Shown here: one piece after another, positions 14,461 to 26,689 of the stretch | How the letters are laid out: each line of letters starts with the position of its first letter | Position numbering within the stretch: position 1 is the stretch's first letter | From: Octopus bimaculoides | Taxonomy: Eukaryota | Length of the DNA: 64,000 bases | Assembly (NCBI RefSeq): GCF_001194135.2 | Contig: NC_068998.1 | Coordinates: forward strand, 32,327,361-32,391,360 | Direction: 5' to 3' | Program-made: the position numbers and the translations under genes | Notes under the pieces: generated by a model | What the model was told of the DNA's origin: nothing | Seen by the model: only the letters and a program-made list of their open reading frames with translations | The model's database searches: none

Positions 14461-15395
14461 TGCTAGATTGAGCCAACTCAATTAGTAGAGTAGAGCATGA
14501 TACACTTAATCTATTGCAAACATATTTCAAATCAACTAATTAAATTTTAACTCCTCAATAAAAATTTGTCTTATGAAAGTTCTTAGAACCGTTGTGGAAT
14601 AACAATGAAAGGAGAAAAAGCAAAACAAAACAAATACATAAGCAATGTAGAAAGAGATTGTGTACCTTGTGACTGACTATTTGATAAACTGTGCAGTGTG
14701 AACTCAAACATGACTGATTTGTTTTTCACTAACTTTGGAAGAAGTGATTTGAACTAACAAAGAATGAATAAATAAATTAATAAAAGAGAACAAACACAGA
14801 TTTAGAAAATATTTTGTTGGGGACTTAAGATGAATAAGATTTTCTTTGAATTTGATCAATATTTTCTCCTTGCCATTTTGTGTTGCTTTTCCATTAAATA
14901 TATTCTTTACATTCTAGTTATCAAACATCTAAATTGTATTTTTCATAGATTAAACTTGTGTATTTTCATTTTCACACAAAACTCTCACAGATAGAAAGGA
15001 AAGCGTGGAGAAGTGTTGAAAGGAGTGTTGTTAGACAAAATATTCTCTTCTTGTTTTATACCTGACTAAACAAATGTATTGTTTTTGTGTAGATTCTTCA
15101 TTTTTACAGAGTGAGATTTCTGCCTTTTTCTACACAACTCTACTCTGATGAACTCTTCAAAGTTATCTAACATACTTTATTTTATTGATAGAATAGCTTT
15201 AGGGAATTGTTTTCATTTCATTTTATTTATCTAACATTTGCTATCTAAATATATGTTTTTAGGTTTTTTGCGGGGAGACAGAGAGAAGATGAGGAAGTGA
15301 GTGAGAGAAAGAGAAAGATTTCAAACAACTATTTCCTTTTAACTTATTTCTTAAGATGGTCACTGTTACAGAATGTTCTTTACTCAACTGTCTCA

Positions 15396-15479
15396 TTAGA
15401 GACCATTGATTTTACTGGCAGCAGTGAAATGTATTTCTATTTTCTTCTTATCAACTCTGATATCCACGCATTCCTGCAC
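15396..15479 (-). CDS. Candidate terminal coding exon, VQECVDIRVDKKKIEIHFTAASKINGL*
   Basis: Acceptor gtaattttctaaag, phase 0, followed by a stop. AATAAA lies on the minus strand about 200 nt downstream (~15177-15182). Confidence 0.35.
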   Translation of the reverse strand: MQECVDIRVDKKKIEIHFTAASKINGL

Positions 15480-15628
15480 CTTTAGAAAATTACATAGGAT
15501 TCTACTTTTTTTTCCTTTTGATAAAAAGCTGAATATAATCTCTTTTTCAAACTTAATTCTGTTGGACACTTTTGTATGGATGTAAAAATCCTGTAGCATT
15601 TGAAGTGAAATGGCAATCAAGCCACAAG

Positions 15629-15630
15629 TA

Positions 15631-15695
<65 letters not shown>

Positions 15696-15762
15696 CATTA
15701 TTATTGTTATTATTATTATTGTATTTGTTGTTGTTGTTATTATTATTATTATTATTATTATC
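15629..15762. repeat. (TAT)n/(GTT)n microsatellite
   Basis: Direct reading. Confidence 0.95.
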
Positions 15763-17565
15763 ATTTTTATGTCTGAAAAACTATTTTGTTTATAATGGAA
15801 CATAGCCATTTGAGCAAATACTTTATTATGTTTGTGTGCTTGTGTTCTTTAACTTTATCCTATTAATGCATACCCATTTTTCTGACATGCATTTTTAGAT
15901 TTAAAAATATTTCTAAACCAGTTTTTGCCTGACACACACAAAAAAAAGAAACAAAATAAAAATGCTAAGAAATAACCAATTGATGTCAAGTACACATGTA
16001 AGAAGTCACCATTTGTCTGAAGGCAATAGATTTACCTTTGCTGAAGGGACAACTTAATAGCTCCAATAATATACTGTCTAGCTTGAAGTTCAAATAATAT
16101 TATTTGGCTTCTCTAATGTTTAAAAGAAAGAAATTTTATCATATTCACCTTGTTTTCATTTGCTTACTTCTCTCTTTTCTCAAGCTAATTCTCTATTCTT
16201 ATCTTCCCTTTTTCCATATCATATTTCTGTATATAAATGTTGAACCCAAAGAACTTATTTTTCTTTATTCTGTTTGTTATCTAGTTTTTCTAACCTGCTT
16301 TTTCTTTTCATAAAATACAATTATTTGGAGGTTTCCACCAACCATACCAGTCTTTTCATTTATTTATCAAATCATCATAGAACATTTTTTTTTACCATAT
16401 TTTATTTAATCTTTCTAGCTCTAGAGCTGTAAGCTATTTTTAATATGATATTACCTTTACCTTTTAACATTGCACATCGATATATTTATAGCAAAAAGCA
16501 TGCTACCAAAGTGATAATCGTTCTAACAATGTTATATCATTTTTACTCTTGTTCTTTCATATCAGCTTTGCTACAATGCTGTGAACATCCACAATGTAAA
16601 CTTCAAATAAATATACTGATCCTTTATTCTTGTATCTTGCTGATCTTTTGACTGTCTATGATACTGTTGAAAGAGTCTTTCATGAAAACTAAATAATATA
16701 ACATGTAGGTAATACTCTTACATTTATTTTTGTTTGTTGATATCAAACAAAGGGAACAAATATATTGAATGATTTTTACTTTAACTAATGCAGGAAGTTC
16801 ACTTTATCAGTTTGGTTTTGATGTAGAACAAAATACTACTGTAGTTGTGAGAATCACTTGAGCTGTACTTGGAACACTTTTGTGTAAGATCTATTCTCAA
16901 TGAAAAATATCTCAATTTGAAACAGTTACAGAGTACAATTTGATAATTCTTTTAAAAATTTTACTTTTGATAACTTTTGAAATTGACACATCAGCTATGG
17001 CATTATTAAGAAAGATATTATATTTTTAATGCTTTTGGCTTCAGCAAGTCTGGATTTATTCAAACTTTAATTTGCAAATATTCAGTCATGAATACCAATT
17101 AGAAATGAAATCTCTACAACTATGTATTTTAAATAATATAAGAAATAAAAGTTAAAGATATGTTATAAACTTATCTCAGTAGAGAAATCCTATTCATTTA
17201 TAGAACAAATTTGATATACATATATATATGTTAGCAATAGAATTCTTTTTTTTGATATAACATAGGTTGTATGGTTTTATATATTAATCGTTTTTATATT
17301 TTGAATAATATGATCAAAGGCGATTACATATTAAATATTAAATCGAGTTACAGAAATGAAGTTCCCTTATAAACATATGGCATAAACATTTGACTTAACT
17401 TCTTGAAAACTCTCATCAGGCAAACACATTGATGATGTATTTTCAAAATATTTCTTTTAGATACTGGTTCTAGGATATAACAACACTTGAGACTAATTAA
17501 ATTTTGTATATCAACAAGAATAGCAAGAACACAGAACAGTTCAAATCCTTGAACTGATTTTCTTG

Positions 17566-18731
17566 TAAAGGTATACGATCCTTTATCCCCCAAACCGAAC
17601 ATTTTTGCGGAGGTTGGAGCATGTCATAACAGGAGTTGTTTGGTGCACAAACAGCTGATCACCATGATCAGACTCACTCAGGTATGATGTGACAACACTT
17701 GGCAGGTCGGCTACCACTTACCACCAAGCATCAGATGTGGTTGAGCACTTATAGAGAAGACATCCATTTGCTGTTTTGTTGTCTTCGTGTTGTTCTTATG
17801 ACTATATATAATTTACCCTGTAAATGTCAAAAGGAACTGCAGATACCCCAATGGATAATAGTGACAACAACACACCTGTTGTGTGCATGAGTGATTGGGA
17901 AATTACTGAAATGGTGTTAAATATGTATAAGAATGAAGACAGTAGTGATGATGACATAGAGAACACTGCTGAAAAACTTCTTATGGACGATATAGTGAAA
18001 ATTTGTGATCAGTTAATAGCTGGTCTTGATCAACGTGCATTTATCATTGAGCAACAGATTATGGGAGTTTGCTCAATTAAAGAGACATTGCTTAGACAGA
18101 AACCTATACTAATGAGACAGCTGGCACTTGAAGAAGTCTTCAAAAATACCCTGTCTCTTAGTGTTACTTCATCACTTGAGAATCTCGTTCCTGGTTCATC
18201 ATCAGAAGTTTGCCTGCAACCTGATGACAATGTTGGCGACACCGATGGACCCTGTTCTACAAATTATCCGCAGCTACACATTTAGCCTAGTTTGAACCAA
18301 TTTCTGGCTCTAACAAATAAATAAACTGTAATACCATTTATAGTCTTTCTTTATTCAAATTAGTGTGAATATTTAGGCACCTCTCTACAGAAATATTACA
18401 GTAATGTGTACACCTGTAAATGTGGTTCGTGTATTTTTGTTTTAAATTATCCTACTATATGTATTTTGTTATTTGTGACATTAATTATCTCACTATTTCA
18501 TTTACCAGTATATTACTCTATAAATAAACTGTAATAATATTTGTAATTGTCTTTTTTTCCCATTGATCGTGAGGATGTGTACATGTGCTTTTGATACCAT
18601 AATAGGATGTCTATTTTGATGTGTAGTTTACAATCTGAGGCAGCTTGTTTTTTGTTCTGAAATCCAAAAGAATCTAAAATTCAGAACACAACTGTCCCCA
18701 AGGGTTCTGAATAAAGGATTGTGCACCTGTA
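17566..18731 (+). mobile_element. pogo/Tigger-family internally deleted DNA transposon
   Basis: Imperfect TIRs taaaggtatacgatcctttatcc / gaataaaggattgtgcacctgta (18 of 23 match). ORF 17824-18285 encodes a Tigger-type C-terminus (CDQLIAGLDQRAFIIEQQIMGVCSIKETLLRQKP). Confidence 0.8.
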
Positions 18732-18990
18732 GTAGTTTACTAGCAAAGAAAGATTTTCATTTTTACTTGCAAAGAATTGTAGACAAGTCAGGTCTGATGG
18801 CCTGCACAAGATCTCCTAGGTTGATGTGATTGATACTATTAATGTTCTGGGAAAACTGTTGAAAGTTGGCAGCTAAAAAGAAGACTTACAGGGAGGGATA
18901 TTCCAGAGAAATGATATTCTGGTCAGGAAGATTTTGTGAAGTTATGTACATATAAATATATAAATGTGTGTGTGTCTGTGTAAAGATGAT

Positions 18991-19037
18991 ACACATGGAC
19001 TCGAGTTTCTGGGTGGTTACCCATTCTCAGCATGTGT
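18991..19037 (-). ncRNA. Minimal type I hammerhead ribozyme motif, copy 1
   Basis: Minus strand reads ACACAUG-CUGAGAA-UGGGU-AACC-ACCCA-GAAAC-UCGA-GUC/CAUGUGU. It has a 7-bp stem I, a 5-bp stem II, a 2-bp stem III within the palindrome ACUCGAGU, and a GUC cleavage triplet. The core has one deviation (CUGAGAA vs CUGANGA). Confidence 0.8.
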
Positions 19038-19320
19038 TAATCACCAGCTAGTGATGAAAACTCACCCCACTCGCAAAATACTATATGTTTTTCCCAGCGA
19101 TGAAATAAGCTATATTAAATCTGAGTGAGATGTAAACAGTAGCAATATGGAATTGTAACATACAATTGCCAACCAAGTGTGGCGTCCTATATGGGGCAGT
19201 GCTACTGACGTTTATAGCCCCAGGAAGACATCTCCCCCAGATGGCTAACAACATGCATTCTGTGTCCGATTAATATTTGTAAGGGGAAGTCATCGCTCCC
19301 AACCCTAGCTTTATGTGATG

Positions 19321-19365
19321 CACATGGACTCAAGTTTCTGGGTGGTTACCCATCCTCAGTATGTG
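19321..19365 (-). ncRNA. Minimal type I hammerhead ribozyme motif, copy 2
   Basis: Minus strand reads CACAUA-CUGAGGA-UGGGU-AACC-ACCCA-GAAAC-UUGA-GUC/CAUGUG. The CUGANGA and GAAA core and the GUC triplet are perfect. There is an A:C mismatch at the closing pair of stem I. Confidence 0.8.
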
Positions 19366-19705
19366 TTAATCACCAGCTAGTGATGAAAACTCACCCCACT
19401 CACAAAATTCTATATGCTTTTTCCAGTGATGAACTGATACTGATCTTGAAAAAGGGGAAACAAGCTATATTAAATCTTTGAGCAAGATGTAAACAGTAGC
19501 AACACGACATCCATATCTGTTAACGGTTATTTTCAATACTTTTCTTGCTGGATTGCATGCTTGTTTCTCTTTTTGTCATTTGCGATTTTATTTTTGATCT
19601 TCTATATAAATGAAGATATTTCCTCTGTCTGCCTGTTTTTCTCTCTACAAAACGGAAAGTTACATTGTGGAGCAGTCATTTTAATGAGTTGTATTTATTT
19701 ATCAC

Positions 19706-19795
19706 CTGACGAGATACATCTGCATCACTGGATGCTCCTGAACCAGTTGTTGAGTGTCCCACTCTCAAGTTGCTTCTGTCTTTGATCATCATCAA
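19706..19795 (-). CDS. Candidate 90-nt exon, LMMIKDRSNLRVGHSTTGSGASSDADVSRQ
   Basis: Acceptor ttcattttatag and donor CAG|gtgata. 30 open codons, phase 0->0, GC-richer than the flanks. Confidence 0.6.
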
Positions 19796-20233
19796 CTATA
19801 AAATGAATTCCATTGTCAGTGGTATGCAAAGAACAGATCTGGAATTTCATTAGATTGGTTGATTTAGTTTGTGAATCATTTGAGAAACTCCCAGAAATTA
19901 ATATAATCTTGAAGTAGTCAAAAATAAAATTATAAAAGAAAAGAAAATGAAAATGTTATCAGCTTTATCTTAATTTGGTCCGAATAACTTTTTGTTAGTT
20001 TTGGACACCTTATTGTTTGATTTTCCTTCCCGTAAATATTTTGGAATTCAGTTTGGTTTTGCTTTCCTTCTGTCTTAAAGACAATACTATTCATTCAAAC
20101 TAGCTACACTTGGATTTCTTGAATGCTAATACTACCCAAGACATCCACATGAGAATACTACCCTGGCGATTCACATGAGAATACCAATACCTGTTTCATC
20201 ATTTCCCTTCTCTGATATATATATATATATATA

Positions 20234-20253
20234 NNNNNNNNNNNNNNNNNNNN
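20234..20253. other. Assembly gap (20 N) within (TA)n
   Basis: Run of N. Confidence 0.99.
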
Positions 20254-20291
<38 letters not shown>

Positions 20292-20348
20292 TATATATAT
20301 GTGTCTGTATGTATGCATGTATATAATTATATATATACACACACACTA

Positions 20349-21583
20349 GGGATGTTTCTTAAAGATTTCCCTTGACCCACTTCTGATTATTTCAGGAAAT
20401 AGAACTTGTACAGATATAATCATACATGTCTCTATATGTCACATTGTAAATTGCAGCTTTCCACTAGTATTTGTCTGTCTTTTACGGCTGCTAAAGTAGA
20501 CTAAGGTGTTATAATGGAGACAGTTAATGCAGATTAGTGATCAGGTTCTTATACTTGAAAGGGCATACACCAAAAGAGACTTTCGATGAGATGAAAGACG
20601 TTTATGGTGACAATGCACCATCATATGACATAATCAAGTACTGGCATCACCAAATCAAATGTGGTCAGACATTGGCGGAAACTGCTCCTGTTCTTGGACG
20701 TCCATATTCCGCCATTGATGATGACACCATCCATAAAGTGGAAGCCGTTATTTTGGAGGATTGCTGCATAACTATTTGTCAACTAGCCCAAGAAGTGAAC
20801 ATAAGTGTAGGGTTCATGGAAAAAATCATTCACAACCATTTGCACATGTGGAAGTTGTTTGTGTGATGGATTCCCTGGATGCTCACACCTTTTTTAGAAG
20901 CAGGAACAAGTCAATTGCTCCCAGTCTCATATGGCAATGTGCCAAGAAAACGAGGAAGACATTTTGGGTAGATTTATCACACAGGATGAAACATGGGTCC
21001 ATCGCTATGATCCTGAGACTAAAATCCAGTTGAAACAATGGAAGCATGATAACTCACCACCTCCAAAGATGGCTCATGTCCAACCCTCAGCAGGCAAGGT
21101 GATGCTCAGTCTTTTGGGACCAATGCAGAGTAGTGATGATGGATTTTCTGGCAAAGGGCACCACAATTAATGGGGCATATTATGCTTCTCTGCTGCAGAA
21201 ACTGTGGGACACTATCAAAGCAGAGAGGCATGGCATGCTGACCAAAGGAGTCTGTCTTCTCCAAGACAATGCCCCAGTTCTCAATGCGCATGTTGCCCAG
21301 ATGAAAGCACACTCCTGCAGCTATGAAATCCTTCCTCATCCCCCTTACTGTCCTGACCTCACACCATCTGACTTCTACCTCTTCCCAGCCATGAAGGTAA
21401 AGTCATGGCTCCTGACACAACCTACTGACTTCTACAGATGAAGTCTTCACAGCTACATAAAGCGATGGGAGATGTGTGTCACCATTGGTGGTGGTTATGT
21501 AGAGAAGGACTAATAATTATGCTAAGTTTCATTTATCCCACTACTTAGGGAGTGGGTCAGGGTAAATCTTTAATGAACACCCC
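20349..21583 (+). mobile_element. Near full-length mariner (DD34D), pseudogenised
   Basis: About 33-bp imperfect TIRs at 20349-20381 and 21551-21583. ORF pieces 20537-20866, 20931-21170 and 21133-21441 contain ITQDETWVHRYDPE, LQDNAP and PYCPDLTPSDF, with 34 residues between the 2nd and 3rd Asp. Confidence 0.93.
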
Positions 21584-22379
21584 AAATTGCAAGGATATAC
21601 AAGATCAGTGATTTTCTCTGATTTCCTATCCTTAAGCAAATGATTAAAATTATCCACAGGCCAGTTATTATGATTAGGTAGGTGATAACAATGATCTATG
21701 ATGCCAGTGATTAGCTTGGTATTAAGAGGTTGAAACTGTTATTTCTCACAGAATATAATGTTGGTTGGCTGGAGGTAGTCTTTGTTGTAGAAGAATTTAA
21801 CAGGGCCCTGAGACCTGAGCATTCATCAATTCAACAGTGTTGTTTTTATGTTAACTGCTGTTAGAGCTACTATCTAAAGTTATACAGGTCAAAGTGAAAT
21901 TGGTAACCTGATATCTACCATTACAATGTGATTGTAAATGTACTAGTAGATCCTGAACTTGTATGATACCCTAGTGACTCAGTTATACATACTCTTTACA
22001 GTTGAAAGTAATAGAGGGCTAATTTGTTGTCTCTTCACTGTTCTACATCCATTTTCTAATGCTTGTATGAGTGGGTTTGCAAATCTTTTTGGTTGTTGTC
22101 AGAGATTGGAAAATTTTCAAATTAAGTGAAAATTTTCAAATTTGGTATATTGATGTAATTTTTCACACTGGATCTGAATTTGGGATTCATTTATTCTAGA
22201 AATAAAATTTAGGAAAATGTTGCTGAGGTTCAAAGTTTGATAATCAGGAAATCATAATTGGAAGCTGGCATTTTCTGTGTGATAGCTATTTCACAAAATG
22301 CTCCTGGTCAAAATTTATGGTGGTGGCTGCAGTGGTGAAAGTGTCACTGACATGCATGAACAGCGTTGTTGTTACAATG

Positions 22380-22473
22380 AAGATGGCTGACGACAACTTT
22401 GCTTGTTACTATGGAAACAGACACCAATATGAGATTTATGGGCATGTTGCATAATGGTGGCTTTTGATTGGCT
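22380..22473. promoter_or_regulatory. Candidate regulatory cluster: RFX X-box-like site, YY1-like site and CCAAT boxes
   Basis: GTTACTATGGAAAC at 22405-22418, AAGATGGC at 22380-22387, CCAAT at ~22424 and ATTGG at ~22467. Motif match only. Confidence 0.3.
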
Positions 22474-25400
22474 AATATTACCCAAAATTTATGTACTTTA
22501 AAAGCTATTCACTTTTTGTTTATTAATTTATGACAAAAATGAATTTCCTTTTCAATACAAAAATAAATCAGTAAACCAATATTTGTAAACAATTGAAACA
22601 AAATTGAAAAAAAAAAAATCAAATCTGTGACAGCAACCAAAAAGATCCCAGATGGGTCTATGTTTTGTTGGAACAATTTCTGGAAGTAGATACTTTTCTA
22701 ACTTCTGCTAACCATCTATCAAGTAGGTGTGAAACCTGATTTTAGCAGTCAGGAAAACTGATTAGAGTCAGGACAACTATGTTACTTTCTTGATTACAAC
22801 TATAAAGTCACTAACCATTATACACTGGGGTTATAATGACTGTGAAGTGAAGATACTGGGCTTAAATATGTTTCAAACATCTGCATTCACCTGAGAACAT
22901 CTATAAATTCACTAGGCAGTATGAGGCTCAAACTGTAATGAATAGCAAATATATTTCAAGTTCATATATTAAAATTACCATTTTGTTTCTTGTTAACAAA
23001 ATATTCTTTTCCTTCTAACTGTATAATTTATCATTCTCCCATGAGGTTTGAGTTGCTCTGAACAACTATTAGAAATTAACTATTAAGTGCTTATACTTGG
23101 CCCTATAAGTTACACCATTTTCATTTTCCTGTTTTTCTCCTTATCACAGAAGCATCCATTCTCTATATTGTTCCATATTTTATATTCTGGATTTGCTTTT
23201 ATTTATTATAGACTGGTCAGAGGAGAATGGCAATACTCATGACCATTCTTTAAGGCCTTTGTAAACTGATGAAATTGATGTTTAGTTTAAAAACCTGCAG
23301 GCTGACTTCTGCATGAAAGCATTGATGAGAAGTGATTTCCAGATGGATAAAGGCTCGATGAAAATTACTGTGATAAAAGTATTTAATACAGAATCTGATA
23401 GGGATACAGTAGAATGAAGAGTAAAAATAATTATTTCTACTGGGCCTATATGACATATTGGTGTGTGAATCTCTTTGTTAATCATTAAATTGACTTTATT
23501 TTAAATACAGTCTAGATTGTTTGAATGTGTATCAGCATTACCATCTCAGATACATGAATAGTACTACAAGCTGGGTTCACAATACATTAACAAGACCAAC
23601 TAATTATAGTATAAAGGTGTAATAAAATTAAAAGCAAAATACCAAGTTTTACCTGAGAAGCCTCTTTTATTTTAAATGCCCCTAACAGTAAAATTCCTTA
23701 AATGCCATCTATGAAAAAGGAAGAAAAGCTTTAGTATTTTAAGCTACTGCAAACTGAAGGAAAGATATAAAAGATTACCCACTGGTCATATATTTGTTGA
23801 AAGAAATATAAATAGCACACTGTATACATGAAGAATTTTCAGAAAATCTAAGAGATTTTGCTTTGAGCTATAAATGCAGTATTGGTGCAGGATATGTAAT
23901 AAGTGTTCTTCCACACCATAACTAATTGAATACAATGGAAGCATTCCCTATCAAAACAACAACTGACATTGCCAAAAGAAAAGAAAAAAATAAGTATGTT
24001 CTGAAAATAGGTACATTTTGAATCTAAAATAACTAGAGAATAGTAAATTTGCTGTGTCCAGCATTTTTGAGACTCAAGATATATTAAAAGGAACTGTAAA
24101 GAATAAAATGACTTTTAACCCAATTTATTTTATGCTGAATACAAAAACTCAGAGTAATTGATATAAAGATCTAACATCATAAACAGAATAAGATTTGATA
24201 TGTTATGTTCTGCGCTCAATTCCTTTGCAAGCTGAGACATTAATTCTTCTGTAAAGGAAAAATTTCTTATAATGAAGGAATATGTAACTGTAATAAAGTG
24301 TGTTAAGTAACCAATTAAAACCTCACGATCTAGAATTATCCACTAGAACAGATGTAAAAAAGAAATATCAACTCATCAGTGTATCATTATTATTGTTGCT
24401 ATTTTCCATGGGCAACTGTATATAACAGAGCTTCTAACGGAATTGGAATTTTATTTCAACTTCCTTCATATAAACAAAGTGGTTTTAGCTATGCTGTCAA
24501 GGGAAATCTATGGAACACTTCTGTGCTCGCTATGTTTACTTTGCAATGGAAAAATAAGACTTGTCTTTGGATATTCTGATGTTTTTATATATTTTATGTT
24601 ATATTTTATTGAGCTGATATCTTGCAAAGGGGCAGTCATGCACTACTATAAACAGATATTCCCCAAACTTCTAAAACACTATTGTAAACAGATATGCCCC
24701 TAAAACTTCAAAAAGCACACAAAACTTCAGACATGTACACATGCACTATAGTGCAGTATACAAAAAAATAATAAATGAGCATTGATACAGGTGCAGTAGA
24801 AAATAATTCAAATCCAGTAGATTTTACTCTGATCAGCAATGAAAGGAAACTGTTTGGTTTAAAAAAGAAAAATGTGAAATGTATATTGCAATGACTAGTG
24901 TCTCATTGCCTGCTGTATACACAGAGGTACTGGCAAAAGGGGACTTATACACTGAAAGTTGAGAATGCTTCTAATTACAAAAGAACAACTGAACAAAGTC
25001 TTGGTCAATGTTTGGAATGATGCTGTTTCTATCATACAGGCATGAGTATATTGAAGCATGTGCCTGGTTTTCAAACTAAAGATGAGACAAGCCATACACT
25101 TGCTTACAAGACTGTGCTGCAATATAAGGTGTAGTGGAACATATGGTCACAAAGGACAATGAATCAGACATTGACTATTGGGTTATCATTTCATATGTCA
25201 AATAAAACTAGCAGGTTGTGAGCACTGAAGTCAAAAAAATATGCTATCTGATAGGGTTTACATAGACATACTGACCATGGTGACCACTGGAGACCACTTC
25301 AGAGTTGTACTTCATGATAGGTGCAGAAAGAAGGACCACTAAACTAAGAATGTGGAGCAAAATGCCCATCTATATAACATGTGTTATAGTAAAAGTAACA

Positions 25401-26689
25401 TGATGGCTTTCTGCCCTTGGAATATGAAAAGACAAAGTAAAAGGAAAGTAGTAAAAAAACCAACAGAGGTGCACCAACAACAGTAATACAACTCAGAAGC
25501 CACTGTTTTTAGAGTACCACCAGTCAGCTCTAAAGGACTGCAAAATCAATTACCTTGGGCTCACTGTCTGGACTTGAAAACCAGGATGCAGAGTATGCAT
25601 CCTAGCTGAACCATCTCAACATATGCAATGGTGAGGAGCAGATGGATATTAGAGAAGGGTGACATGCGGACAAGAAATGAATAAAATATAGAAACCAGCC
25701 CAAACTGAAGGCATCTGACATATATGGAAAGAAACCCCACTCTTCCTCAAAAGTTCCAGATGTATCTGCTGAATAGTTTGGAGGTGGGGTTATGTGGCTG
25801 TCTGTTTAAATGAAGATCAGAAATTTTCCTCTGAATGCAAAACTCAGAAATGGAAGATTGTTGAAGTCACGAAGTACTCTAATTCAACCTAAGTGGGGGA
25901 TTTTCATCTACCTGTCTGTGAGTTGATTGTATTTGAGTTTTAATTGTATTTATTTACTTTTAATTCTACATATATATTTATCTATTTTTTGGATTCATTT
26001 TGTATGAAATATTTAGCATGTATTTATATGTTGTATAATGCTCTTGCCCCATCTTTTGTTTTTATATGACTTTACTTGTAAATTTTCACATATTCTGTAA
26101 GCCATAGTTTTATTGCGGAGCTACCAACAACCCTTGGAATCTTGTTGGTTCCTATATTTCTCATGACATTGGGCCTAAAGTTGTTTACAAGCATATTTTT
26201 TAAAATCCAAAGCATAAAACAAAGAGGCAATTTCCCCCAGTCAGCAAGTAAGAAGGTGATGAAGGGGCATTATCTTCAAAAGCTTCCACTTCCAGGAAAA
26301 TGTCTTCCCTTCCTTGAAGGGGTGAGAGGCAACAGTAGTTGCAGCAGCAACAATAAAAACATCGATAGCTACGAGAATAATAGCTTCCATTACAAATACT
26401 GCACATAACCCTACCCCCAATATTATCCCTACCAATGTCACATCCAGTACCACTCTCACTGTAGCAGCTAACATCTGTAATACCAGCACTTTAATACAAC
26501 CTCTATTACAATGAAGATTAACAAACTGATAATAGCAGCTGAGGTACGGTTTGAGGTAAGTGGTTTTATGTGGAGTAAATTCTTATAAGCTTCATGCATA
26601 TATGTCAGATTTGTTTGGCAGCAAAACAGGAGAATTTGGTCTTTGTGCAATGAGGAATGGTATTAATGCAGTGAAAGGACAACAACAAG

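Larger units (their letters stand above)
18986..19502 (-). mobile_element. Retrozyme-like / Penelope pseudo-LTR-like non-autonomous element (repeat-spacer-repeat, one hammerhead per repeat)
   Basis: Direct repeats at about 18986-19145 and 19317-19502 differ at about 8 positions over the first ~113 nt, and the second has an extra ~27-bp insert. They flank a ~170-bp CpG-containing spacer. There is no ORF, and a TA/TG microsatellite lies on the left flank. Confidence 0.65.
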
